From the NCBI GenBank assembly GCA_964634305.1, contig CAZWLE010000001.1:78120-142119 (forward strand): DNA of 64,000 nt, written 5' to 3'. Every line of letters starts with the position of its first letter. The stretch's first letter is position 1. Origin of the DNA: an uncultured Candidatus Saccharibacteria bacterium (GTDB taxonomy: Bacteria > Patescibacteriota > Minisyncoccia > Phycocordibacterales > Phycocordibacteraceae). Below are positions 38,058 to 49,100 of the stretch, piece by piece. Under the pieces are notes generated by a model, which saw only the letters and a program-made list of their open reading frames with translations, made no database searches and had not been told where the DNA came from. The position numbers were made by a program, and so were the translations under genes.

Positions 38058-38819
38058 ATGAATCTTTTTTCCCTACACAAACATGATCGTCGTATCACGC
38101 ATGTGTATTCGAATGCGACCGTACTTCCGAATCGCTATTCGTTCCGCTTGGTAAAGCGAGCGAGTGCCTACCCGGTTACTGAAACACCGCTTCCTGCGCC
38201 ATACGATATAGCGCCAATAGTAGTAAGCAGCGCACCAGAGCCCGCACCCATACCCGATGAGGCACCTGAGATAGTTACTACATTTGACGAACGTCCAGAG
38301 CTCGGAGCAAGCGTCGTTGACGACCAAAAGCGGATGTTCCTGAAGCTGGCGAGTGTCGTGGGTCTTGGCGTAGTGGCTGCCTCCGCGATTCCAGAAAAAG
38401 CGCAGGCATACGTTATGGGTAGTAGTCCTACCTCAGGCGTCGTCGGAATGAAGGATGCGACTAATACTCGTATTAATCCCGCTACTGAGGAAGCACTCCA
38501 GGCGATTCTGGAAGGTAATGCCGTATTGAAAAAGACCGTGAGTCTATCTGCGTCTGGAACTATCCATACCCCAGCCTCTGGGAAAAAAGTTCGTATCTAC
38601 AACACTAAGTTTTCACTTGATGCGAACGTTACCAGTGTCTCGTTCCGCTTTGCTTCGGGCGGAACTGATTTCGAAAAGTACATCTCGCCACGTACTGGCG
38701 GGCTGTACGGCACGAATAATCACCCGAACTACAAGGAGGGTGGGGTAGACGAGGTCGTATACTGCGTCATAAGCGGTAGCGCGAATGTGCAGATTAATAT
38801 TGATTATCTAGAGGTATAA
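38058..38819 (+). CDS. Putative Tat substrate with long N-terminal extension
   Basis: Internal Q-KR-M-FLK, hydrophobic stretch and AQA site (38325-38408); beta-rich C-terminal domain; start uncertain. Confidence 0.75.
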   Translation: MNLFSLHKHDRRITHVYSNATVLPNRYSFRLVKRASAYPVTETPLPAPYDIAPIVVSSAPEPAPIPDEAPEIVTTFDERPELGASVVDDQKRMFLKLASVVGLGVVAASAIPEKAQAYVMGSSPTSGVVGMKDATNTRINPATEEALQAILEGNAVLKKTVSLSASGTIHTPASGKKVRIYNTKFSLDANVTSVSFRFASGGTDFEKYISPRTGGLYGTNNHPNYKEGGVDEVVYCVISGSANVQINIDYLEV

Positions 38820-38826
38820 TTTTCGT

Positions 38827-41235
38827 ATGGCTAAACGAGTCACCGAGCACACGTTCACTGGAGGTACGGTCATGTATGACGCGTATGATTCCACCAAGAC
38901 CGTTCTTGGCGATCTCATCCGTCAATACACCGGCGCTGCTTCAACAGATAAATTTGCCGGACCAGTTAAAGTTGCGGTTGCTCGCCCAAATGAAACATCA
39001 GTGGCGGTACCAGGTATCTATCCCCATGTGGTGCGGTGGGCCGATAAATCTGGGTACTACTCAACGGGTACCGTAGCAGTATCAGGAACTGCTGTAACCG
39101 GTACCAGCACTGCCTGGTTAACCGCAGGAGTACCCATCAACGCGCGTATTGGCTTTGGCACGACTGATCCTGTCGCAGTAACCACGTGGTACACCATTTC
39201 CGCCATTGCCTCAAACACCTCTATCACGATTGATACGACAGCAGGAACTATTGCGGGAGGTACGTCGTTTGTAATTGATATGAATTACAACATCGATTGG
39301 GTCTTCCTCGCTGACGCTGCGGCTGCGGCTGCCACTCGTCGTATCACCATGTTTGAATTCCGTCGTGGTACATCCGTATTTACTTGGAAGGGGTTTATCA
39401 CTCAAACCTACCCAACAGCTACTAACCACACCATAGCGGGTATGCGTGCTGTGTACGCACCCTACACAACCGGTACCGTTGCTGTATCTGGTGCAACGGT
39501 TACTGGAACGTCTACCTCCTGGAGCACTAACCGTATCAATATTGGATCGCGTATTGGCTTTGGCTCAACGGACCCTACTCAAATTTCGACCTGGTACTAC
39601 ATCAATGCCGTAGGCTCAGATACATCAATCACGATTCAAAATAACGTGACTGCGTCAGGCACGGGCGGTACTGCTTCAAACCTCACCATATCGGGCGGTA
39701 CGGCCTATGTGATTGAAGACTTGCGTGTTCTGACCTCAACAGTAAACGCCACAGCTACCAACGGCGGCCTCTTTATGACCCCTGGTCTCTCCTATGGTGA
39801 TTTCACCGCTGCCGGTACGACTATTGCCGCTGCGACAACGGTTGATAAGGTCAAAGCATGCTACTGGCTCGCTGACGCCTCAACCGTCACCAACGACGTG
39901 GCATCCGGTCTTGCTATTGACGACCAGGACAGTTGGACACAGCAGTACTGTTATGTGATTGAACGTCAAGCAGCGACAACTCCAGCAATATATAAATACA
40001 ATTTTCGTGTTGCGCTTGCCTCAATAACGTCTGGAAAAACTACTAGCGCCTTTGTACTTGCTACTGGTACTCAAAGCGTGACTGGTAACGTATCCCAAAC
40101 CAACAACGGTCGCATCGGCACGCTGCAGCATGGTCCTGGTATAGGAGTGAAATCGCTGTACTTTGCAACAACCACTCGTATCTATCGAGTCGCAGTCACG
40201 AATATTACCAACGCTTCTACGACTTTCCTTTCAGATGCTATGGTTGAAGTACCGACCGGAGGTACTAACACGTATGCTGCGACGGGTGCGTTAACAGGTG
40301 TTGAGATCTCTGACCAAATAGATCGTCTTGTCGTTACGTCGACAGGCGCTGCTGGTGTACGAAGTTATGTAACAAAGTACAACACTAACTCCGATCCGTT
40401 CGACCACATCTTCCTAGTCGATTCAAAACAGCTTGACCAATCAACTGCGGATTCTGATTCAGTTCCTCATCCAAACATTCAGGCAGGTATCATTAACGTA
40501 TGGTCTGAGGAAGGATTGACCTATATTTCTCGCACCGGTACCGCCTCAACGACGAACCATCTCTATGCAGTCCCTCTTGGCGCAGACTGGAGCTATGCGG
40601 ATGGTACGGTAAAGCAACGCCTTGTAACGCCTGAATTGGCTACCCCTAACGCCGTTAAGTATGTGCGCGCATATTTCAACAGCGCTCAGTACTTAGGTCT
40701 CGACAATCTCACCATTCCTACAGAACCAGTGCGCATGTATTACCGCACCTCGGGCATTAGTGATAACTCTGGAGCATGGACACTCATTGATCAAACAGGG
40801 GACATCACCGGAGTAGATGGGGCCGCGTCAATACAGTTTGCTCTAGAGTTCCGCGTTATTGGAACGTTCTGTCTTCCAAACCGTGTCTACAATGTCTGTG
40901 TCGTATATGAAGACGACACTACTGACAGTCACTATCAGCCGTCAGTGGCGAATTCCTCCACGGTTGATAAACGATTTGCGTGGCGCTTCTCAACCGCCTT
41001 TGGTGGCACTGTGCCAACCCTACGGGTACGTCTGTATAACGCTACATCAGGCGGTCTATTGGTTGACGACAATACAGCAAGTCCAACAGGTACGTTTGAG
41101 AAAAGCACCAACGATGGCGGAAGCTGGGGTTCCTACAACACCACTGACAAAGCAAACGACACTACCTACATTCGCTACACTCCTGCGTCCCTTGGTGACA
41201 ACATAAAAGTACGTGCGCTTTTGACTCTGGACTAA
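38827..41235 (+). CDS. Thr/Gly-rich beta protein with two phage-tail-fibre-like repeats; no signal peptide
   Basis: Duplicated TGTVAVSG..VTGTST.W......RIGFG.TDP....WY.I.A..S.TSITI module at about 39055-39280 and 39463-39720. Confidence 0.85.
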   Translation: MAKRVTEHTFTGGTVMYDAYDSTKTVLGDLIRQYTGAASTDKFAGPVKVAVARPNETSVAVPGIYPHVVRWADKSGYYSTGTVAVSGTAVTGTSTAWLTAGVPINARIGFGTTDPVAVTTWYTISAIASNTSITIDTTAGTIAGGTSFVIDMNYNIDWVFLADAAAAAATRRITMFEFRRGTSVFTWKGFITQTYPTATNHTIAGMRAVYAPYTTGTVAVSGATVTGTSTSWSTNRINIGSRIGFGSTDPTQISTWYYINAVGSDTSITIQNNVTASGTGGTASNLTISGGTAYVIEDLRVLTSTVNATATNGGLFMTPGLSYGDFTAAGTTIAAATTVDKVKACYWLADASTVTNDVASGLAIDDQDSWTQQYCYVIERQAATTPAIYKYNFRVALASITSGKTTSAFVLATGTQSVTGNVSQTNNGRIGTLQHGPGIGVKSLYFATTTRIYRVAVTNITNASTTFLSDAMVEVPTGGTNTYAATGALTGVEISDQIDRLVVTSTGAAGVRSYVTKYNTNSDPFDHIFLVDSKQLDQSTADSDSVPHPNIQAGIINVWSEEGLTYISRTGTASTTNHLYAVPLGADWSYADGTVKQRLVTPELATPNAVKYVRAYFNSAQYLGLDNLTIPTEPVRMYYRTSGISDNSGAWTLIDQTGDITGVDGAASIQFALEFRVIGTFCLPNRVYNVCVVYEDDTTDSHYQPSVANSSTVDKRFAWRFSTAFGGTVPTLRVRLYNATSGGLLVDDNTASPTGTFEKSTNDGGSWGSYNTTDKANDTTYIRYTPASLGDNIKVRALLTLD

Positions 41236-41238
41236 GCC

Positions 41239-41862
41239 ATGACTCCGATTACTAAGAGTGAACAGGTCGCTGATATAAAGGACTTGGTAGTCCTGACAGA
41301 TAGCGGCGAGTACGCAGATACTGATCTTATCCTCTGCGCTTCAACCGATGCGCCAACCATTGCTATTGCTCAGTATCAAGCACAATTCGTGAAGTATGGT
41401 GAAATGGTCTACCAGTTCGAAAAGCCAGAAGAGTTGGGGCAGGCTATCGTTGCACTTGATGCAGAGTCTACACATGACGCTGCGCAATTGTGGCGTGAAG
41501 AAGAGGCACGACGTATCGCACGAGAGCAGGGAACATTGACCCCTGCTGACCAAAGCCCTGCTCCTGATGCAGTCGTACCACCAGAACCTGAAGCAGAGCC
41601 ACAACCAGAAGAAGAGGTTGAATTTCTTAACGACCCGCCTGCACAAAACGCTACATCAACGCCACCGACCAGTGACCAACCGTCTGAACCGGAAATGCCA
41701 GTTATTGACGTCACTGATCCTCCTGAAGTACTAGGAACCACGACTCCTGACCTTCCACCCGTTGACCCAGACCCACTTCCACCTCCTATCACAGAGCCAG
41801 ACATTGTGCCTATTCCTGAACCAGAGGTAATAAGCAATACCAGTACTACCACTCCAGAGTAG
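41239..41862 (+). CDS. Hypothetical protein with Pro/Glu/Asp-rich disordered C-terminus
   Basis: Starts 3 nt after the previous stop; composition. Confidence 0.75.
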   Translation: MTPITKSEQVADIKDLVVLTDSGEYADTDLILCASTDAPTIAIAQYQAQFVKYGEMVYQFEKPEELGQAIVALDAESTHDAAQLWREEEARRIAREQGTLTPADQSPAPDAVVPPEPEAEPQPEEEVEFLNDPPAQNATSTPPTSDQPSEPEMPVIDVTDPPEVLGTTTPDLPPVDPDPLPPPITEPDIVPIPEPEVISNTSTTTPE

Positions 41863-41864
41863 CT

Positions 41865-42053
41865 ATGGCACTCACTGATATCAATTTCAACGAAGGTGAA
41901 GGGCAGGATTTTATCGTTGAACGACCTACCGGCACATTAGGAACACCGGTTGATATCCTTCTTACAGCAAACGCTGATGACTATCCGGTGCTTGAGACAG
42001 AACCAGTGGGTGGTGGCGGTGGGGGAGACGAAATCTTCATCATTAACGACTAA
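41865..42053 (+). CDS. 62-aa acidic peptide with poly-Gly and hydrophobic C-terminal tip
   Basis: Starts 2 nt after the previous stop; ends GGGGGGDEIFIIND. Confidence 0.7.
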   Translation: MALTDINFNEGEGQDFIVERPTGTLGTPVDILLTANADDYPVLETEPVGGGGGGDEIFIIND

Positions 42054-42076
42054 CGAGACTCTGCTATCCTACGGGC

Positions 42077-42808
42077 ATGGAGGACGCGGTCGGGTTTGCT
42101 GAAACATACGGTACCTATCTAGAGGAGCTGCGGGTTCGTCTATATCGGTTGGCTATTGTCTTTGTCGCTGCTTTTTTTATTGGCGTTGCCTCAACCGGCG
42201 TATTATTGCCATTCTTTGTACGCTTTCTTGCCATAGAGAACGTCACTATTATCACTACGTCTCCTTTTCAATTGCTTGAACTCGCCATGAATACGGGCTT
42301 CTTTGTTGCCCTTATCGTGACCATTCCGCTCGCATTTCATCAGGCATACACGTTTTTGCGCGACGGTCTTTTGCCACAAGAACGACGTATTATCTTTTTT
42401 CTGATACCGCTATCCCTAGGATTGTTTGCGGTAGGGTTCGCCTACGGTTTTGCGGTCATGTACTACGCCATACAATTCATCGCGAGTCTCAATACAACAT
42501 ATGGCATTACGAACCTATGGAGCATTACTCAGTTTATTTCCCAAATGCTCATTACCGCCGCGCTCCTTGGCTGCATTTTCCAATTCCCGGTCATTATTTC
42601 AGGCCTCGTGCGCCTTGGGGTATGTAGCGCGAACTTCCTGCGCCGTCATCGGCGAAGCGCCTATGCCTTGATATTCGTCTTCGTCGCTTTACTTCCCCCT
42701 ACCGACGGGCTATCGTTTCTTGTGATGTCCCTTCCGCTTATAGGACTATACGAGCTCACCATCATCGGTAACTCGTTTGGTCGACGGAAAGAACTCTTAA
42801 AAGCGTAA
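42077..42808 (+). CDS. tatC: Twin-arginine translocase subunit TatC
   Basis: YLEELRVRL, six TM segments, FQFPVI, PPTD..S.....PLIGLYE. Confidence 0.93.
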   Translation: MEDAVGFAETYGTYLEELRVRLYRLAIVFVAAFFIGVASTGVLLPFFVRFLAIENVTIITTSPFQLLELAMNTGFFVALIVTIPLAFHQAYTFLRDGLLPQERRIIFFLIPLSLGLFAVGFAYGFAVMYYAIQFIASLNTTYGITNLWSITQFISQMLITAALLGCIFQFPVIISGLVRLGVCSANFLRRHRRSAYALIFVFVALLPPTDGLSFLVMSLPLIGLYELTIIGNSFGRRKELLKA

Positions 42809-42819
42809 CCTTAGCACCT

Positions 42820-42978
42820 ATGTTTGGACTCGGTTCAAATGAGCTCATCATCATCGCAGTCATTCTTGTGCTCCTTTTTGGCGCAACAAGAATTCCTGCC
42901 CTCACTCGTGGGGTAGCGGACGCGATTCGCACGCTCCGCGGCGCATTCAAGGACGAGGACAAGAACAAGAAGGGCTAG
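42820..42978 (+). CDS. tatA: Twin-arginine translocase subunit TatA
   Basis: MFGLGSNELIIIAVILVLLFGATRIPALTRGVADAIRTLRGAFKDEDKNKKG (polar E8, FG hinge, amphipathic helix); missing from the ORF track. Confidence 0.93.
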   Translation: MFGLGSNELIIIAVILVLLFGATRIPALTRGVADAIRTLRGAFKDEDKNKKG

Positions 42979-42990
42979 CGTTCGCTTGTT

Positions 42991-43029
42991 CAAGAACACC
43001 GCCACAGGAGCACTGTGGCGGTGTTCTTG
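42991..43029 (+). terminator. Hairpin after tatA
   Basis: CAAGAACACCGCCACAG-gagca-CTGTGGCGGTGTTCTTG, a 17-bp perfect stem. Confidence 0.7.
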
Positions 43030-43103
43030 TGTAGATGTGGAAATGATGAAGAAAAGGGGGGTGGGTGGGTGCTACCATAGCTACAGCCTCACGGCGGCAT
43101 TCC

Positions 43104-46100
43104 GTGCATATTCCATCTTTCACCACTGCACGTATTACGCGACTAAGCGCACTAGCGTTGGTTCTGTTCGCTGTACTTGCTGCAACGGCGTATGCCGCGT
43201 ATCCGCAGTACCTTCCCAACACGTCTGTCACCATCGGTGAATTTGTGTATGACGACGATTTTCAAGCAACCACCACTGCTGGCTGTACCGTCAGCGTGTA
43301 CGAGCCAGGAGGCAGTCTGTCAGTTAACGCTGCTTCTATGTCAGCTGACGCCAACAGCTGGTACTCGTACTCATTTACACCGTCCGGAGGGACGGTCGGT
43401 ATTTGGCGCACCGTCATGTCGTGTGGCTCCTCAGGAAATGGCAGTCTTATCCGTGCTGACAAGACCTTTGAGATTACCAACAACATCGTCTCATCGACCT
43501 CGGTCGCCGCACTCGTTAACACCAACACCAACACGGCCATAGCAACTGCCTCTTCTTCACTCTCAGCCACATTACCTGGGTCTATTTGGGCTTTCTCTGG
43601 AAGAACGCTGACGTCGTTTGGTACGTTGGTGTCTGACATCTGGGCAAACGGTACGCGTACGCTCACTGGTTTTGGCACGCTCGCGTCTGACGTATGGGGT
43701 GTCGCAACGAGAACGCTTACCGCTGCAACACTAAGCTCCGGTTCGCTCGCGACTCTCACTGACGTTCAGAACGCGTCGTCATCAGTAGTCACACTGGTAA
43801 ACGCCAATACTAATACAGCATCGTCATCGATAGCGTCGGTAGTAAATGCCAACACGAACGCCATTGTTGCAGTGGCATCATCCTCTCTAGCTGCGGTGAT
43901 AAATGCGAACACTAACGCATCCATCCTTACTGCTTCTACGTCACTTGGCACGTCGATTGCTTCTGTATCTACATCGATTACCAATATTCCAACAGCCGTA
44001 TGGGCATCGGGTACACGCACCCTAACCTCATTTGGCACGCTCGCGTCAGACGTATGGACGAGTGGTACGCGCACACTCACAGGCGCAGGTCTCACCTCAG
44101 GTTCACTCGCTACACAAACGGATGTGCAGAATGCATCGTCATCGGTAGTGACGCTCGTAAATGCTAATACCAACACTACCGTTAATACCGCATCCTCCTC
44201 ACTTGCGGCTGTTATTAACGCAAATACCAACCTGCAAGTCCTCACCGCATCCTCATCTCTTGGCGCATCAATTGCGGCTGTCGCATCCTCAATCACTAAT
44301 ATCCCAACGAATGTATGGGCTGCAGGTACTCGTACGCTCACGAGTTACGGCACGCTCGCGGCTGATGTGTGGACCAACGGTACGCGCACGCTTACCGGTG
44401 CCGGTCTCTCGTCTGGCTCACTTGCGACACAGTCTGACGTTCAAACTGCCTCCTCGTCACTTGGCTCAGCGGTTTCTGCAAGTACGGCGAGCGTAAATGC
44501 CAACACTAACTCCATTGTAGGTACTGCTTCGTCATCGCTCGCTGCCATCATTAACGCGAACACGAACCTTCAAGTCCTGACCGCATCAACCTCACTTGGT
44601 ACTTCGATTGCATCCGTAGCGTCTTCAATCACGAACATTCCAACCGCAGTCTGGGCTGCGGGTACCCGTACGCTCACTGGGTTTGGCACCCTTGCAGCTG
44701 ACGTCTGGACCAACGGCACGCGTACGCTTACCGGTGCGGGCCTCACGTCTGGTTCACTCGCTACACAAACGGATGTGCAGAATGCATCGTCATCGGTCGT
44801 AACGCTTGTAAATGCCAACACGAATACCACCGTTGGTACGGCATCTTCGTCGATAGCGTCTGTCGTGAATGCCAATACGAATGCACAGGTTCTTGCTGCA
44901 TCCTCGTCGCTTGGTGCAACTCTTTCAACCCTCTCAAGCTCTATATCAAACGTTCCTGCAGCCGTTTGGAATATTGCTACATCGACTCTCACCACACCAG
45001 GTTCTATCGGCAGGGTGCTTGCGCTTAACATCGATATTCCAATCTCTTCCGTTTCGGGCGGCGCTGGCATCACCGTTGCTGATATCTGGGCATATGGCGC
45101 ACGTACACTCACAAGCGCCGCACTCACCTCAGGTTCACTCGCTACACAAACGGATGTACAAAATGCCTCCTCGTCTGTCGTTACTCTTGTGAACGCAAAT
45201 ACCAACACGGCCTCCTCCTCAATCGCAGCGGTGGTGAATGGCACGATTGTTACTGCGTCGTCATCGCTTGGTTCAGCAATATCGGCAGGTACGGCAAGCG
45301 TAAATGCCAACACGAATGCAACGGTGCTGAACGCATCGTCGTCTCTTGCAACATCGATTTCTGGTATACCGGCAGCAGTATGGGCAGCTGGAACACGTAC
45401 CCTAACCTCCTTTGGTACGCTCGCAGCTGATGTATGGACGAACGGCACACGCACACTCACCGACGCTGGTCTTACTTCAGGTTCGCTTGCGACCCAATCT
45501 GATGTTCAGACCGCATCAAGCTCTCTAGGGGCTGCAGTCTCTGCAGGGACAGCAAGCGTAAATGCCAACACGAACGCAGTCGTTGGTTCCGCATCCTCTT
45601 CGCTCGCATCAGTTATCAATGCAAATACCAATCTCCAGGTACTCACCGCATCAACCTCACTTGGTACCTCTATCGCATCGGTTGCTACCTCAATCACCAA
45701 CATTCCAACCGCAGTATGGGCTGCGGGTACCCGTACGCTTACTGGATTTGGCACCCTCGCGTCTGACGTGTGGGCAGTTGGAACACGTACGCTCACGGGC
45801 GCTGGTCTTAGCTCCGGTTCACTTGCCACACAGTCTGATGTTCAGACCGCCTCCTCGTCACTTGGCTCAGCCGTTGCTGCTGGTACGGCGAGTGTGAACG
45901 CGAACACTAACAGTATCGTTGGCACCGCATCCTCCTCGATAGCAGCAGTGGTGAATGCCAATACTAACTCCGTCGTTGCCATCGCATCCTCCTCACTTGC
46001 CGCCGTCATTAATGCAAACACGAACGCAGCAGTCCTCACGGCTTCTACCTCACTTGGCACATCGATTGCATCCGTCGCAACGTCAATCACCAATATTCCA

Positions 46101-49100
46101 ACGGCCGTATGGGCCTCAGGTACTCGTTCTCTCACCACGTTTGGCACGCTCGCCTCTGATGTATGGGCCGTTGGTACACGTACCCTCACTGGCGCAGGTC
46201 TGAGCTCAGGCAGCCTTGCGACCCTTACTGACGTTCAGAACGCATCTTCATCGGTCGTAACGCTGGTTAATGCCAATACCAACACTACCGTCGGCACTGC
46301 CTCTTCATCGCTTGGTTCAGCGGTCTCTGCAGGAACCGCAAACGTGAATGCAACGGTCGCTACTGCATCGTCATCACTCGCATCAATCATTAATGCGAAC
46401 ACTAACCTTCAGGTACTGACCGCATCCTCATCTCTTGGTGCATCAATTGCGACTGTTGCGTCTTCTATAACAAATATTCCTACCAATGTATGGGCTGCAG
46501 GTACTCGTACACTCACGAGTTACGGCACCCTCGCGGCTGATGTATGGACGAACGGCACAAGAACGCTCACTGGCGCAGGTCTAAGTTCAGGTTCACTCGC
46601 AACACAATCAGACGTTCTTACTGCATCAAGCTCTCTCGGTTCAGCGGTATCTGCAGGAACCGCGAGTGTGAATGCGAATACTAATAGCGTCGTAGGCACT
46701 GCCTCGTCATCAATTGCATCGATAGTTAACGCAAACACTAATACTCAGGTCCTCACCGCCTCCACGTCACTCGGTGCTTCTATCGCATCCGTAGCGTCTT
46801 CAATCACGAACATTCCAACCGCAGTCTGGGCTGCGGGTACCCGTACGCTCACTGGGTTTGGCACCCTTGCAGCTGACGTCTGGACCAACGGCACGCGTAC
46901 GCTTACCGGTGCGGGCCTCACGTCTGGTTCACTCGCTACACAAACGGATGTGCAGAATGCATCGTCATCGGTCGTAACGCTTGTAAATGCCAACACGAAT
47001 ACCACCGTTGGTACGGCATCTTCGTCGATAGCGTCTGTCGTGAATGCCAATACGAATGCACAGGTTCTTGCTGCTTCCTCGTCTCTTGGCGCATCACTCA
47101 GCGCGCTCCCAACCGCTATTTGGGGCGTAGCAACAAGCACGTTGAATGTTCCTAACTCCATTGGTCTCGTACTCGCCACAAACATCGACCGCGCTATCTC
47201 AAGCGTTACTGGTGTGGGAGGAGGCCTCAGCGCGGCTGATGTATGGGCATACGGTACCCGCACACTCACTGGCGCATCCCTTACTTCAGGCTCACTTGCC
47301 GTTCAGTCAGATGTACTCACTGCTTCCTCATCGCTTGGTAGTGCAATTACGAATAGTCAGACCGCAATCAATAGCAATACCGACACAACGGTCGGGACGG
47401 CATCGAGCTCCATCGCTGCAGTGGTGAATGCAAACACCAACTCAGTCGTACAGGCAGCATCTTCATCGCTTGGGATTTCACTTTCCAGTCTTGCGTCAGC
47501 CGTTGCCGCGGTACCAGTAGGGGTGTGGGCAAACAGTACTCGTTCACTCACGACGTTCGGCACCCTCGCGTCTGATGTATGGGGTGTAGGTACTCGTACG
47601 TTGACCGGTGCTGGTCTCTCGTCTGGATCACTTGCAACACAAACTGACGTACAGACTGCCTCAAGCTCGGTCGCTGCAGTCGTAAACGCAAACACGAATG
47701 CTGCTATTAGCACTGCATCATCGTCAGTAGCATCAGTCGTTAATGCCAATACCAACGCGAGCGTACTAACTGCGTCTACATCGCTCGGTACATCGATCGC
47801 ATCGGTCGCAACGTCTATCACCAACATTCCAACCGCGGTCTGGGCAGCAGGCACCCGTACGCTTACTGGATTTGGCACCCTTGCAGCTGACGTCTGGACC
47901 AACGGTACGCGCACGCTTACCGGTGCCGGTCTCTCGTCTGGCTCACTTGCGACACAGTCTGATGTTCAAACAGCTTCTTCATCGCTTGGCTCAGCGGTTA
48001 CTGCCGGTACGGCGAGTGTGAACGCGAACACTAACAGTGTCGTTGGCACCGCATCCTCCTCTGTTGCGTCAGTCGTGAATGCAAACACAAACGCAACGGT
48101 TCTCGCTGCGTCATCATCTCTTGGCCTGTCCCTCTCAACGATTTCTTCGTCCATCACCGGCATCCCAACTGCGGTATGGGGCGTGGCTACCTCAACGCTT
48201 TCAACACCAGGGTCGATTGGTCGCGTACTCTCAGAAAACATCGACATTCCACTCTCTACTATTTCAGGTGGGGGAGGAGCTACCGCAGCTGACATCTGGG
48301 CGTACGGCGCACGCACACTCACAAGCGCTGCGCTCACGTCAGGCGCTATCGCTACCCAAAGCGACATACAGACCGCATCGTCATCTATCGCTGCAGTCGT
48401 GAATACGAATACGTTCACGACGGTCTCTAATGCGTCGTCATCCATTGCTGCAGTCGTTAATACAAACACGGTCGCTGCAGTACAAACTGCTTCAACCTCT
48501 CTCGGTGCTTCAATTTCAAATATTCCAAACGCGGTATGGAGTGCAAGTACCAGAACCCTCACGTCGTTTGGCACCTTGGTTAACGACATATGGAACTTCG
48601 CAACGCGTACACTCACGACCAGTACATCAGCAACCTGGAGTATGTCGCTCTCTGGCTCTAAGAATGTTCTTGCAGGTACGGCATATCGCGCCACGGTAAC
48701 GCTTTCAAATGACGGAAATCTTGAAGACCCATTGGCTGCACCAACGATTACGATTTATGACAGCAATCGTGCAGCCGTCGTCACTAATGCTGCAATGACG
48801 CATGCAGGTACTGGTATCTATCAGTACACGCTCACTACCTCAGGCAGTGCATCGGAAGGTGCATGGGAAGCACTCGTTACCTCAAACGTTGAGAGCGGAA
48901 AGACGCTCACGAGTTCTGAGTTCTTCACGCTCTCAACCGCACCAGCGCAGGTGCTCATCCAGTCGATGGCATCCACCACCGTGCCAAACATTGCCGCAAA
49001 CATTCGTATCACAAACGAAGGTAACGTCGATTACGAATACCAGTACGAGTGGTGTGTGGTATCTACGATTGGTAACGCCTGTGGTGGGGGAGACGACATC

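Noticed and set aside
43500-48620. CRISPR array or DGR template/variable repeat pair
   Set aside because: The repeats are in-frame protein repeats varying at synonymous sites, with no spacers. The identical pair shows no adenine-specific mismatches, and there are no cas or reverse transcriptase genes.
43262-48694. Many long minus-strand ORFs over the giant gene
   Set aside because: They are antisense shadows of Ala/Ser/Thr-rich repeats and have no independent signals.
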